Positions 1 through 9,463 of a stretch of DNA of 44,870 nucleotides are shown one piece after another. The stretch's first letter is position 1. Every line of letters begins with the position of its first letter. A program made the translations under genes and the position numbers. Location of the stretch: contig JBMOFH010000002.1 in the NCBI GenBank assembly GCA_049318845.1, positions 1 to 44,870 of the forward strand. Reading direction: 5' to 3'. A model generated the notes under the pieces. The model did not search any database, was not told the DNA's origin, and saw nothing but the letters and a program-made list of their open reading frames with translations. The DNA comes from Blastocatellia bacterium (GTDB lineage Bacteria; Acidobacteriota; Blastocatellia; RBC074).

Positions 1-1875
1 AATCTGACCGTGACCTACGGTCTGCGCTATGGCATCAGCACACCGGTCTACGAGAAGTTTGGCTTTGAAGTGAAGCCGAACATCAGCCTTGGCAACTACT
101 TCCAGCGGCGCATCGACGGGATGAAGATCGGCAAGCCCTACAACGATCTGATCTCGCTCGACCTATCGGGCAAGGCGAATGGCAAGTCGGGCATGTACCG
201 GTTCGACAAGAACAATTTCCAGCCGCGCGCGGCGGTGAGCTGGTCGCCGGACTTCAAGAGCGGGTTCCTGCACAAGATCTTCGGGGATACCGGCAAGTCG
301 GTCTGGCGCGGCGGATTCTCGATGTTCAACGACTACTACGGCAACCAGCTGGCGGTGACGTTCGACCTGAACAACACTCTCGGCTTCTCGTCGAGCGCCG
401 TGACATCGGCCAACACGTTCAACCTGACGACCAACCCCGGTCCGCTCTTCACTGGTTATGGTCAGGCGGTGCGCGGTCTTCCGGGAATTATCGTTCCGGG
501 CAATGTCTCGTTCCCGCGGACGCCGATCTCCCGACTCTATCCGGGTAACATCGAAGGGAGTCTCGACGACTCGATCGTTGCGCCAACACATTACAACTGG
601 AACCTGACGTTCGAGCGTGAGCTTCCCTTTGGAATGATCGTCCAGATGTCCTACATCGGACGAAAGGCGCGGAAGCTGCTGGCGTCGCGTGACGTCATGA
701 GCTGGAACAATCTCACCGATCCGAAGTCGAATACCGACTGGTATACGGCAGCGGGCCAGCTCGAGGTTCTGCGCTCACAGGGCAAATCGGTCTCGAGCAT
801 CGCTCAGATTCCCTACTTTGCCAATCTCTTCCCAACCAATCTGGCCGACACGCTGGGTCTCAATGCGTCCTACAACCAGACCCAGGCGATCTATGCGCTG
901 ACGGTTCCGTCGGGACTTGGCGGATCAAGCTCCTACAATTACGGTAATGACTGGACGAGCGTGATGTGGGAGATCTCGACGCTCGGCAATGCGGCCTGCA
1001 ACCCGGTCCAGAGCTTCAGCAGAGCCTGTCACATGTTCACCCAGCCGCAGTATGGAACACTGGGTGCGTGGAGCTCGATCGGGAACTCTGACTACAACGG
1101 CTTCACCTTCTCGGCGCGTCAGCGATTCAAGAATGATCTGACGCTCGACTTCAACTACACCCTGTCTAAGTCTTTCGACGATGCCTCGGGTCTGATGACC
1201 GCTGGTGCGTCATCCGGTTCGGCCTTCATCGTGAATCCGTTCCGGCAGCGTGACAACTATGCGCTCTCCGATTTTGACGTCACACACGTCATCAACGCGA
1301 ACGCGGTCTGGCAGCTTCCCTTCGGCAAGGGGCGCTGGCTGGGTGGTAAAGCCGGTGGAGCGCTCGACGCGGTCATCGGTGGCTGGCAGTTGAGCACGAT
1401 CGTTCGTGCTAACTCGGGTCTTCCGACCTTCTCGCCGTATGACGATGCGCGTTGGGCGACCAACTGGAACGTTCAGTCGAGCTCGGTCCGGACTCGTCCG
1501 GTCACCACCTGCCCGACACGTGGTGGAGCGCTCTTTGGCTGCAACACGACCCAGGCTTTCCAGAGCCTCCGCAACCCACTGCCGGGTGAAACGGGCGACC
1601 GCAACGTCTTCCGGAATGTTGGCACGGTCAGCACCGACCTCGGACTTGGCAAGACGTTCAAGATGCCCTACAGCGAAAAGCATAGCCTGCAGCTTCGGTG
1701 GGAGGTCTTCAACCTCTTCAACTACCAGGCAATGGGTGCTTTCGACACGGGGCGAAGCGGATTCGGAATCCCGCTCGATCCGCAGACCAAGACTCCGCCG
1801 GTCAACTGGAGCCGTTACACGGCCATCCAGGGATCGCCGCGATTCATGCAGATCTTCCTGCGTTACAGCTTCTAA
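1..1875 (+). CDS. TonB-dependent receptor-like outer-membrane beta-barrel, C-terminal part (5' end outside window)
   Basis: The frame is open from base 1 (the ORF track starts at 10). The sequence is long and rich in G, N, S, Y and F, as in beta-barrels. It ends in the typical aromatic C-terminus ...MQIFLRYSF. A strong terminator hairpin follows. Confidence 0.8.
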   Translation, partial: NLTVTYGLRYGISTPVYEKFGFEVKPNISLGNYFQRRIDGMKIGKPYNDLISLDLSGKANGKSGMYRFDKNNFQPRAAVSWSPDFKSGFLHKIFGDTGKSVWRGGFSMFNDYYGNQLAVTFDLNNTLGFSSSAVTSANTFNLTTNPGPLFTGYGQAVRGLPGIIVPGNVSFPRTPISRLYPGNIEGSLDDSIVAPTHYNWNLTFERELPFGMIVQMSYIGRKARKLLASRDVMSWNNLTDPKSNTDWYTAAGQLEVLRSQGKSVSSIAQIPYFANLFPTNLADTLGLNASYNQTQAIYALTVPSGLGGSSSYNYGNDWTSVMWEISTLGNAACNPVQSFSRACHMFTQPQYGTLGAWSSIGNSDYNGFTFSARQRFKNDLTLDFNYTLSKSFDDASGLMTAGASSGSAFIVNPFRQRDNYALSDFDVTHVINANAVWQLPFGKGRWLGGKAGGALDAVIGGWQLSTIVRANSGLPTFSPYDDARWATNWNVQSSSVRTRPVTTCPTRGGALFGCNTTQAFQSLRNPLPGETGDRNVFRNVGTVSTDLGLGKTFKMPYSEKHSLQLRWEVFNLFNYQAMGAFDTGRSGFGIPLDPQTKTPPVNWSRYTAIQGSPRFMQIFLRYSF

Positions 1876-1890
1876 TCGGGGCTTGAACAA

Positions 1891-1932
1891 GAAGATGAAA
1901 AAGGGGGCCACATGGCCCCCTTTTTCATCTTC
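1891..1932. terminator. Bidirectional intrinsic terminator between convergent receptor gene and folA
   Basis: Perfect 20 bp inverted repeat GAAGATGAAAAAGGGGGCCA / TGGCCCCCTTTTTCATCTTC with a 2 nt centre. A-run and T-run arms give a U-tract on either strand. Confidence 0.75.
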
Positions 1933-1980
1933 TTCTGTCTTCTTCTTTATCCTATTTTCGCTTCGAGTCCGCCCAGCCGG

Positions 1981-2472
1981 TCATCTCCGATCATAGACCA
2001 GGAAGGAGTATCCATACTCATTCTTCTCATCGGCAAGGTGGGTGGAGACGAGCGTCTCGCTCCAGGAAGCACAATCCCACTCCGGAAAGACGGTGTCGGT
2101 TGGAAGTGACGTCTCGACCCGTGTCAGATAGATTCGGTGGGCGAGGGGGAGGGTTAGCGCGTAGATATCGGCGCCACCGCCGATGAAGAGTTCTGATTCA
2201 CCGCTATTTTTGGCGACGTCGATTGCGTCGGAGAGGGAGTGCGCGACCTCGACGTTTGGCGGCGCATAGTCGGCGGTGCGAGTCAGAACTACCATCTTCC
2301 GGCCCGGAAGAGGGCGACCAATCGAATCATAGGTTCGGCGCCCGAGAAGAAGGTGGTGCCCCATGGTCAGCTCCCGGAATCGCTTCAGATCTGTCGAGAG
2401 CCGCCAGGGCAGCCGGTTATCGATTCCAATTCCGCCCTGCAGATCCATTGCGACAATGATGGAGATTTTCAT
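1981..2472 (-). CDS. folA: Dihydrofolate reductase
   Basis: MKISIIVAMDLQGGIGIDNRLPWRL..DLKRFRELTMGHHLLLGRRTYDSIGRPLPGRKMVVLTR is the canonical DHFR N-terminus. The ATG at 2472 is preferred over the TTG at 2484 used by the ORF track. Confidence 0.9.
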   Translation of the reverse strand: MKISIIVAMDLQGGIGIDNRLPWRLSTDLKRFRELTMGHHLLLGRRTYDSIGRPLPGRKMVVLTRTADYAPPNVEVAHSLSDAIDVAKNSGESELFIGGGADIYALTLPLAHRIYLTRVETSLPTDTVFPEWDCASWSETLVSTHLADEKNEYGYSFLVYDRR

Positions 2473-2660
2473 CGTATTTCCCAATCTATTTTTACCGCCT
2501 CAGTCTTGCCAGCCCCCCCCGGTCACAGGGGTAAACGTTTGCACTGACAGTCAAATCTTGCATCGTTGATTTATAACAAATTATTTTTTTAATCGTTACA
2601 AAATCTTATCAAAGTTAGCCGTACTGTAAGCAGGAGACCCAGTCATCCAGCCTGGGTTCA

Positions 2661-2688
2661 GAGCCAGTTGGCCTGAGCCAGTTGTCAG
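2661..2688. repeat. 14 bp direct repeat x2 (GAGCCAGTTGGCCT / GAGCCAGTTGTCAG)
   Basis: Read directly. It lies in the 395 bp spacer between divergent folA and the CE15 gene. Confidence 0.6.
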
Positions 2689-2880
2689 GATATGGTGGAA
2701 ACACGGGCTGGCTCTTTTTCAAACCACAGCAATAGCTGTTTTCGGCGCGTGATCGCCCCGCGGCCTTTCCGCCACTGGATTCCTTCCAATGTTCTGGTTC
2801 AAACTTCTCAATTGGCACAGACGCAGCTATCATCACGCTGATAGCCGGACGATACTAATCCGATAGCCAATGGAGATTGA

Positions 2881-4200
2881 ATGATAAAAAGGTTTCGTGC
2901 CAATATTTTCCTGCTCCCGGTGCTGATATTGCTGCCAATGATAATGGCAGAAATACCAGGACTGCGGGCACAGACCCCGAACACCGCCAATTACGAGGAG
3001 TCGAAGGTTGGCTCCTACACCCTGCCCGACCCGCTGATCACGACTAAGGGTGTCCCGGTCAGAACCCCCGCTGACTGGAAGAGTCGGCGGGAGGAGTTGC
3101 TCGAACTATTTGCAAGCCAGGTCTATGGTCGAACGATGGCCCCTCGCGGGGCGGCGTTTAGTATCGTAGACAGATCGCGCGCCACGGCAGCTCTTAACGG
3201 ACTGGCGACCCGCCAGGAGATGACAGTTCAATTGATGGGGCGGAGTGGAGGGCCGCGGCTGCGGCTGTTGCTCTATCTTCCACGTAAGGGAGCGGGCCCG
3301 CATCCGGTCTTTTTGGGAATGAACTTCAACGGTAATCAGAGCGTCACGAACGAGCCCGAGGTAGCGCTTCCAGCGGGCTGGATGCGAAACACGAACGATG
3401 ACCGGGTCGTCAACAACCGGGCAACGGAAAAATCTCGTGGTGGCGAGGCTTCCCGCTGGCCGCTGGCGAAGATACTGCAGAGCGGATACGGTGTCGCGAC
3501 AATCTATTACGGCGATCTCTTCCCAGACTATCCCGGTGGACTGGTCGATTCGGTCATTCCATTCTTTTATCGATCCGGCCAGACATCTCCCCGAGATGGT
3601 GAGTGGGGAGCGATTGGCGCCTGGGCGTGGGGGATGAGCCGGGCACTCGATGTGCTTCAAACGATCCCCGGAGTCGATGGAACCAGCGTGATCCTGCACG
3701 GCCATTCACGAATCGGCAAGGCCGCACTCTGGGCGGGGGCCCAGGACAAGCGATTCGCCATCGTCATCTCCAACGAAAGTGGCGAAGGTGGCGCAGCGCT
3801 CGCACGCCGCTATTTTGGCGAGACTGTCGAGCGAATCAATACCGCCTTTCCGCACTGGTTCTGCGGTAACTTCAAACAATACAGCCAGAAGGTCTCTTCC
3901 CTCCCGGTCGATCAGCACGAACTGATCGCGCTGATTGCGCCGCGGCCAGTCTATGTCGCAAGCGCCGCCGGCGATCAGTGGGCGGATCCGCGCGGTGAGT
4001 TCCTGTCGGCAAAGGCGGCCGACCCAGTCTACCGTCTACTCGGAACCGATGGCCTCGGAGCGGTCGAGATGCCAGAGCTCCATCAACCGGTGACGACGAC
4101 AATCGGATACCATATTCGCGCCGGTAAACACGATGTCACTGATTATGACTGGGATCAGTTCATCAATTTCGCCAATATACATCTGAAAAAGAGACGCTGA
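2881..4200 (+). CDS. Carbohydrate esterase family 15-like glucuronoyl esterase (secreted)
   Basis: N-terminal signal peptide. Nucleophile motif [13 protein letters not shown] and C-terminal [16 protein letters not shown] resemble bacterial CE15 enzymes. GGAG lies 7 nt upstream of the ATG. Confidence 0.7.
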   Translation: MIKRFRANIFLLPVLILLPMIMAEIPGLRAQTPNTANYEESKVGSYTLPDPLITTKGVPVRTPADWKSRREELLELFASQVYGRTMAPRGAAFSIVDRSRATAALNGLATRQEMTVQLMGRSGGPRLRLLLYLPRKGAGPHPVFLGMNFNGNQSVTNEPEVALPAGWMRNTNDDRVVNNRATEKSRGGEASRWPLAKILQSGYGVATIYYGDLFPDYPGGLVDSVIPFFYRSGQTSPRDGEWGAIGAWAWGMSRALDVLQTIPGVDGTSVILHGHSRIGKAALWAGAQDKRFAIVISNESGEGGAALARRYFGETVERINTAFPHWFCGNFKQYSQKVSSLPVDQHELIALIAPRPVYVASAAGDQWADPRGEFLSAKAADPVYRLLGTDGLGAVEMPELHQPVTTTIGYHIRAGKHDVTDYDWDQFINFANIHLKKRR

Positions 4201-4276
4201 CCGTGCGGGGGGATGGCAATCCCGTCCCCCTGCCGACTTCGATCTCCGTTTGAATCAACTCAGACAACCGGTCAAC

Positions 4277-5071
4277 TTAAACAGCCACTGCACCGGTCAG
4301 CCGCGGATGTGACCGATAATCTTCAAGTCTGAAGTCACCATACTGAAATTCAAAAATATCCCTGACGTCCGGATTGAGGATCATCCGCGGGAGTGGGAAT
4401 GGCTCTCGAGCGAGCTGGATCAAAGCCTGTTCAACGTGGTTGCGGTAGAGGTGTGCATCGCCAAAAGTGTGGATGAAATCGCCCGGTTGAAGGTCGCAGA
4501 CCTGAGCGATCATCATCGTCAGCAGCGCGTATGAAGCGATATTGAATGGAACCCCGAGAAAGATGTCGGCCGAGCGCTGGTAGAGCTGGCAGGAGAGGCG
4601 GCCTTCAGCAACATAGAACTGGAAGAGTGCGTGACAGGGTGGCAGCGCCATCCGGTCGATCTCCGCGACATTCCAGGCACTGACAATCAGACGCCGTGAA
4701 TCGGGAGTTCTCCTGATCTGATCGATGACCTGGCCAATCTGATCGATCACCTGACCGTCCGCCCCGCGCCACGAACGCCACTGCGCGCCGTAGACTGGTC
4801 CGAGATCACCGTTTGCATCCACCCACTCATTCCAGATCGTTACTCCATTTTCCGTCAGGTAACCGATATTTGTATCACCACGCAGAAACCAGAGCAGCTC
4901 ATGAATGATCGATTTGAGATGAATCTTCCGGGTCGTCACAAGCGGAAATCCTTCCGCCAGATCGAAGCGCATCTGGTAGCCGAAGATCGAGTGGGTTCCA
5001 GTTCCGGTTCGATCGTCTTTCCGTACCCCATGCTCAAGGACGTGACGCATCAGGTCGAGATACTGTTTCAT
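4277..5071 (-). CDS. thyA: Thymidylate synthase (ThyA type)
   Basis: [49 protein letters not shown], plus [11 protein letters not shown] and DxHLY motifs. Length is 264 aa. Confidence 0.95.
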   Translation of the reverse strand: MKQYLDLMRHVLEHGVRKDDRTGTGTHSIFGYQMRFDLAEGFPLVTTRKIHLKSIIHELLWFLRGDTNIGYLTENGVTIWNEWVDANGDLGPVYGAQWRSWRGADGQVIDQIGQVIDQIRRTPDSRRLIVSAWNVAEIDRMALPPCHALFQFYVAEGRLSCQLYQRSADIFLGVPFNIASYALLTMMIAQVCDLQPGDFIHTFGDAHLYRNHVEQALIQLAREPFPLPRMILNPDVRDIFEFQYGDFRLEDYRSHPRLTGAVAV

Positions 5072-5195
5072 TCGATCTCCAGGTCTATAATTTAATTAAA
5101 ATTACATCCGATCACCTGATCTCAGAACAGACCCGACCGGCAAAATTTTCCGGCACCATTATTACAATAAATTACAAGCAGCACCAAACGCGAAG

Positions 5196-5223
5196 AGGCC
5201 GGGAGAGTCACCCCTCCCGGCCT
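5196..5223 (-). terminator. Hairpin downstream of the 5258..5641 gene
   Basis: 10 bp stem AGGCCGGGAG / CTCCCGGCCT with an 8 nt loop, 35 nt after the stop codon. The U-tract is weak. Confidence 0.45.
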
Positions 5224-5257
5224 TTCTCGTAACTCGAATTGAACCAGGATCAGAAGA

Positions 5258-5641
5258 CTATTCTGCCTCGGTGATCGAGACAACACTGACCTTCGAGCCC
5301 TCGACCTTGCCGACAACCTTGAAAGTCGCGCCCTTCTCCTTGGTGCTCTTCTCAAAAGCAGCCTTTGCGAGCTCAGTCCCCTTGGCATCGAACTCATAAT
5401 ACTTGCCGTCGGAAAAGACTCCGTAACCACTGGCGGCACACTTCTCCATCAGCGCACACTTCTTGCTGTGGCCGGCGGAAGCCTCCTGCGGAGTAGCAGC
5501 GGCAACGAATCGACCAGAGCAGGCCTTGTCAACAAGGTGGCCCGTCAGGGTCTTCGTCTCCCCATCGGCCAGTGCGAGTGTGGTGAGGGCCATTAGCAAT
5601 CCAACTACTAATACAATCTTACTCGTCGTCAGTCTCTTCAT
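5258..5641 (-). CDS. Small secreted Cys-containing hypothetical protein
   Basis: Signal peptide MKRLTTSKIVLVVGLLMALTTLALA. AAGGA lies upstream of the ATG. No family recognised. Confidence 0.6.
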   Translation of the reverse strand: MKRLTTSKIVLVVGLLMALTTLALADGETKTLTGHLVDKACSGRFVAAATPQEASAGHSKKCALMEKCAASGYGVFSDGKYYEFDAKGTELAKAAFEKSTKEKGATFKVVGKVEGSKVSVVSITEAE

Positions 5642-5660
5642 CGTTAAATTGTCCTTTCAA

Positions 5661-5687
5661 CTTATGCATCTTATGCATCTTATGCAT
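5661..5687. repeat. 9 bp tandem repeat x3 (CTTATGCAT)
   Basis: Three perfect copies, 20-46 nt upstream of the start codon at 5641. Each copy contains the palindrome ATGCAT. Confidence 0.9.
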
Positions 5688-5691
5688 CGAC

Positions 5692-5726
5692 TCGACAAAC
5701 AAGTCGATTATCGAATTGTTTGTCGA
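5692..5726. promoter_or_regulatory. Inverted repeat, 11 bp arms (TCGACAAACAA N13 TTGTTTGTCGA)
   Basis: Perfect 11 bp arms read directly. It abuts the 9 bp repeats upstream of the 5258..5641 gene and could be an operator or an RNA hairpin. Confidence 0.45.
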
Positions 5727-5994
5727 CTTGAGGGTCAAATATCCCGCCACTTTCCAATTGAGCTTCTGGACAGTGCTACGGCTTAAGGTCAGATTTTACG
5801 CCAACGAACTCATTTCGGATGAAATGAACTGCCACCAGAAAAGAGCAGCTGAACTAACCTATAAGGGGAGAATACCTTTTGCAAGCGAAACGCGACCTCA
5901 CACGACAATTCGCGAGTCACTGACTGGCAACGACTGCCGGTAGCCAGATAAGTGCGTTGTCGAAGGGGATCGCGGTATCGGGCTATGCCGGAAA

Positions 5995-6255
5995 CTACAA
6001 TGCACGTGGGCTGCGATACTGTTCGTAGCGTCGTGTCGGCTCATATTTATTGGCACCCATCGACGTATCTTTCCGCGGGGGGCCTTCAAGGCGAATTATC
6101 TCGATGGCCTCCTGGTAGACGCGCTCCAGATTTTCTGGCTGAAAGCCGTTCAAACGGCAGGCACGGATATGAGCACGAACGATCTGCTCGACTGCCTCAC
6201 GGCCCGTCTCGTCGAGATCCTGAAGCGAACGTAGTGCATGTGAAGATAGCTTCAT
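5995..6255 (-). CDS. Hypothetical small protein (86 aa)
   Basis: The ORF has plausible helical composition and AAGGAT upstream of the ATG. A comparable ORF overlaps it on the + strand. No family recognised. Confidence 0.35.
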   Translation of the reverse strand: MKLSSHALRSLQDLDETGREAVEQIVRAHIRACRLNGFQPENLERVYQEAIEIIRLEGPPRKDTSMGANKYEPTRRYEQYRSPRAL

Positions 6256-6290
6256 AAATAGATTACCGATCCTTTCAAGGTGGTGATTTC

Positions 6291-6320
6291 TTTATTTAAA
6301 TTTATTTACAGTTATTTACG
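6291..6320. repeat. 10 bp tandem repeat x3 (TTTATTTAAA / TTTATTTACA / GTTATTTACG)
   Basis: Read directly inside the AT-rich 480 bp spacer upstream of mqnA. A-tracts are phased at one helical turn. Confidence 0.7.
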
Positions 6321-6737
6321 GACCTTATCGCCAATGTCTTAAAGTATCGTAAGTCTGTAGTCGCAAGTCGTGAGACGCGAGCTGTAATTACCTGATTGTA
6401 TTTACCTTATGGTATTTTTATAAAACCCAAGGGTAGGTCAGCCGGAAGTTTACCATAATATTTCCGACTGTCTATAGATTTTTTTACAGAGGTTTGTCGA
6501 ATTGTTCCGAAGTTTTAACGCTTACGACAACCTGACCGCTAATCCTATTATTTCTTGTCGTTTAGCAGTGGCAGCCGGATAAATGATCGTCTGGTTGGAG
6601 GGTGCTTCGATTCAAACTATCCCCTCCGTCGGTGAGGTCTGAAGCGTGTTAATATCAGAGTGAGTTGCTGCCTTGTGCTACTGATTGGTGAGATATTGCC
6701 AGCGAGGTGTGTTGGCTGTCAGAAGAGAGCCTGTAAA

Positions 6738-7673
6738 ATGAGAATTGCGGCATCAACATATCTGAATTCGGCGCCCCTCGTCCACAGCTTCGCAGTGGGC
6801 GCATTACGATCAGATTATGAATTCATCGGAGACACCGCGCCATCGCGTTGTGCGGAGCTTCTGGCCGCTGGGGAGTGCGAGATTGCACTGATACCGGCGA
6901 TCGAATACCAGCGAATTCCCGGTCTGCGGATCATTCCGGGTGTGGCGGTGGCGTCAAAGAGTCGTGTCCGGAGTGTTTTGATTGCCTCGCGGTGTCCGTT
7001 ATCCGAGGTTCGGACGCTGGCAATGGACACATCTTCGCGGACATCACAGTCGCTGGTAAGAATCCTGTTTCAGCACCAATTTGGCTGGGAACCGGAGTTG
7101 ATCGGGCGCACACCGGATCGACGAAGTGGTTATGAGAATATGCTCGATGGAACCGATGCCGCACTGGTGATCGGAGACCCGGCGATGCGAATCGATGCGG
7201 CAGCGGCAAGTTTGGGGGTGACGATCCACGATCTGGCCCTGGAATGGCGGAAACTGACCGGCCAGCCATTCGTTTTTGCTGTCTGGGCGGTGCGGGAAGA
7301 TGTGTTATCGACACGTGGCGCGGGAGCGAAGCTGACTAATGATTTTCAGTTGGCGAAGCGTGAGGGCATCGGTCGACTGGCCGAGATTGCAGCTGGCTAT
7401 GTCACCGAGCTGGACCTGCCACTCGCGGACCTCACAGACTATCTCAAATCTAACGTCAACTATGAACTCGACGAAGAGAACCTCGCCGGATTGCGTGGAT
7501 ACTATGATCTGGCACACCATTACGGGCTGATTCCGGCGGCGCGCCGGCTCGAATTTCTTTCGGGTGAAGCGCCTGAGGATCTGCCTGAAAGCCGTGGGGA
7601 GACGGTGATCACATCGGCAGCGATGGGAGCGCCGGGCGTTGTAGACTCGACCATCGGAAGGCGTGGAAGATGA
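6738..7673 (+). CDS. mqnA: Chorismate dehydratase (futalosine pathway, MqnA/MqnD family)
   Basis: MRIAASTYLNSAPLVHSF...CEIALIPAIEYQRIPGLRIIPGVAVAS..VRSVLIAS...DTSSRTSQSLVRIL fits the MqnA/VitK2_biosynth pattern. The ATG at 6738 is preferred to the GTG at 6660. Confidence 0.75.
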   Translation: MRIAASTYLNSAPLVHSFAVGALRSDYEFIGDTAPSRCAELLAAGECEIALIPAIEYQRIPGLRIIPGVAVASKSRVRSVLIASRCPLSEVRTLAMDTSSRTSQSLVRILFQHQFGWEPELIGRTPDRRSGYENMLDGTDAALVIGDPAMRIDAAAASLGVTIHDLALEWRKLTGQPFVFAVWAVREDVLSTRGAGAKLTNDFQLAKREGIGRLAEIAAGYVTELDLPLADLTDYLKSNVNYELDEENLAGLRGYYDLAHHYGLIPAARRLEFLSGEAPEDLPESRGETVITSAAMGAPGVVDSTIGRRGR

Positions 7674-8617
7674 AGATTACAGCATTGGCGGGAGGGGTTG
7701 GCGCCTCAAAATTTCTTTCGGGACTCCAGCGGGTTCTCTCCGAAAATGAAGCCAGGGATCTGACGATCATCGTCAATACCGGCGACGACATCGAGATGTT
7801 CGGGCTCTACATCGCGCCGGATCTCGACATTGTGACCTATACGCTGGCCGGAGTGGTCAACGCTGCTACCGGTTGGGGAATTGCAGATGACAGCTTTCAC
7901 TGCCTTGAGCGATTGATCGGATACCTGGACGAGGATCGATGGTTCAACCTCGGAGACCGGGATCTGGCGACACACATCTATCGCACACAGCAGCTTCGTG
8001 CCGGAAAGAGTCTGACAGAGGTCGCCGACAGCCTGCGCCGATCATTCCGCCTGCCAATGCAGATTCTGCCAATGAGCGACCTTCACACACCAACGACGAT
8101 AGTGACGGCAGATGGCGAGATGCATTTTCAGGAGTATCTGATCCGACGGCGGGCCGAGCCAACGATAAAGTCGATCCGATTCGAGAATATCGAGCTGGCC
8201 CGACCGGCCCCGGGAGTGCTGGAGGCTATTCTGGAGGCGGAGGTGGTGATCGTCTGCCCAAGCAATCCGCTGATCAGCATCGGGCCGATTGTCGCCGTTC
8301 CCGGTATCCGTCAGGCGCTGGTTGAGACAACGGCGAAGGTAGTGGCAATCAGCCCTGTCGTTGGAGGAGCGTCACTGAAGGGACCGACCGACCGCATGCT
8401 TCGCGATCTTGGTATGGAGGTCACGGCGCCACAAGTCGCCAAACTCTACCGTGACTTCGTCGATCTCTTCCTGCTCGACGAAATTGACGAGGGTGAAAAG
8501 GGAGCGGTCGAGGCGCTCGGCATCGCAACCCGGACCGCGCAGACGGTAATGAAGACGGAGGATGACAAGGAGCGACTCGCCCGATCACTGCTCGAATGGC
8601 TTGGGAGAATAGACTGA
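7670..8617 (+). CDS. cofD: 2-phospho-L-lactate transferase (F420 biosynthesis)
   Basis: MKITALAGGVGASKFLSGL and ..VNTGDD..GL.I.PDLD are characteristic of CofD/FbiA. The start overlaps the mqnA stop (ATGA). Confidence 0.9.
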   Translation: MKITALAGGVGASKFLSGLQRVLSENEARDLTIIVNTGDDIEMFGLYIAPDLDIVTYTLAGVVNAATGWGIADDSFHCLERLIGYLDEDRWFNLGDRDLATHIYRTQQLRAGKSLTEVADSLRRSFRLPMQILPMSDLHTPTTIVTADGEMHFQEYLIRRRAEPTIKSIRFENIELARPAPGVLEAILEAEVVIVCPSNPLISIGPIVAVPGIRQALVETTAKVVAISPVVGGASLKGPTDRMLRDLGMEVTAPQVAKLYRDFVDLFLLDEIDEGEKGAVEALGIATRTAQTVMKTEDDKERLARSLLEWLGRID

Positions 8618-8626
8618 CCTGTCCAG

Positions 8627-8671
8627 TGCGCACGGGGCGCACGGGGGCACACTGGGCACACTGGGCACTTC
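8627..8671. repeat. 9 bp tandem repeat x5 (TGCGCACGG GGCGCACGG GGGCACACT GGGCACACT GGGCACTTC)
   Basis: It fills the 55 bp cofD-cofC intercistronic spacer and ends 1 nt before the cofC ATG. Confidence 0.85.
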
Positions 8672-8672
8672 G

Positions 8673-9356
8673 ATGAGATATATTTTGATTCCGGTCAAGG
8701 ATCTGGGGCGCGCCAAGCAGCGACTGAGCTCACTAATGAGCCAGGAGCAGCGAACCATACTGGCGACGGAGATGCTGCGCCACACGCTGGCTACTGCAGC
8801 GGCTGTCAGCGAGGCGAACGAGGTCGCGGTTGTCACGCTCTATCCGCCAGCAATCAGACTTGCGAAGGATTTCGGCTTTATGGTGATCGGAGAGGATCGG
8901 CAGATCTCGGAGAGCGATTCGGTCGATTTCGGCTCGCGTGAGGCGATGAGAGCCGGCGCCCGCGCCGTACTCCGCCTCCCGATCGATCTGCCGTGGATCA
9001 CCGCTCCGGACATCGATGCCATCCTGACACTGGATCAGCCCGAGAGCCCCGAAAGTGTGGATCAGCGGTCGGTGGTGATCGTCCCATCGCGCGATGGGAC
9101 TGGCACCAACGCCATTCTGCGCCGACCACCAGACCTCTTCCCCTCCCGCTTCGGGACGGGAAGTCTGGCGAAACATCGCGAGGAGGCCCGTCAAATCGGG
9201 ATTCCATGCCAGATCTGCGAAAACCCTAACATTGCTTTCGATATCGACGAACCAGCCGACGTCGCACACCTGCTCGAAGATCAAAGACCGTGCAGAATCA
9301 GGGAGATCGTCAGGGAGATCCTGTCCGGAAGAGACATCTGCAAAAACCTGCCGTGA
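8673..9356 (+). CDS. cofC: 2-phospho-L-lactate (or PEP) guanylyltransferase
   Basis: MRYILIPVKDLGRAKQRLS, DGTGTNA and FG.GS...H motifs as in CofC/FbiD. Confidence 0.85.
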   Translation: MRYILIPVKDLGRAKQRLSSLMSQEQRTILATEMLRHTLATAAAVSEANEVAVVTLYPPAIRLAKDFGFMVIGEDRQISESDSVDFGSREAMRAGARAVLRLPIDLPWITAPDIDAILTLDQPESPESVDQRSVVIVPSRDGTGTNAILRRPPDLFPSRFGTGSLAKHREEARQIGIPCQICENPNIAFDIDEPADVAHLLEDQRPCRIREIVREILSGRDICKNLP

Positions 9357-9463
9357 TCGGGCCAGACCGGGGTCTCCGGCGGTGAACCATCGGGCATGAG
9401 TGTCGCCAGTCTGGCAAAGACGCGCTTCTCGAATAGATCGGGATATTTTATTTTCGGCTCTCC

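Noticed and set aside
2513-2520. C8 homopolymer upstream of folA as a phase-variation tract
   Set aside because: It is short and sits in front of a housekeeping gene. Nothing in the sequence indicates length-dependent promoter spacing.
2615-2836. 73 aa minus-strand ORF in the folA-CE15 spacer
   Set aside because: It has no SD, its composition is odd, and it overlaps the 14 bp repeat. It is treated as non-coding.
5952-6257. Plus-strand 101 aa ORF overlapping the minus-strand 86 aa ORF
   Set aside because: Its translation is Arg/Ser/Gly-rich and it has no SD. The minus-strand ORF has a better start context. Both remain uncertain.
6256-6737. AT-rich spacer as a remnant of a mobile element or integration site
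   Set aside because: There is no integrase or transposase, no tRNA, and no flanking direct or inverted terminal repeats.
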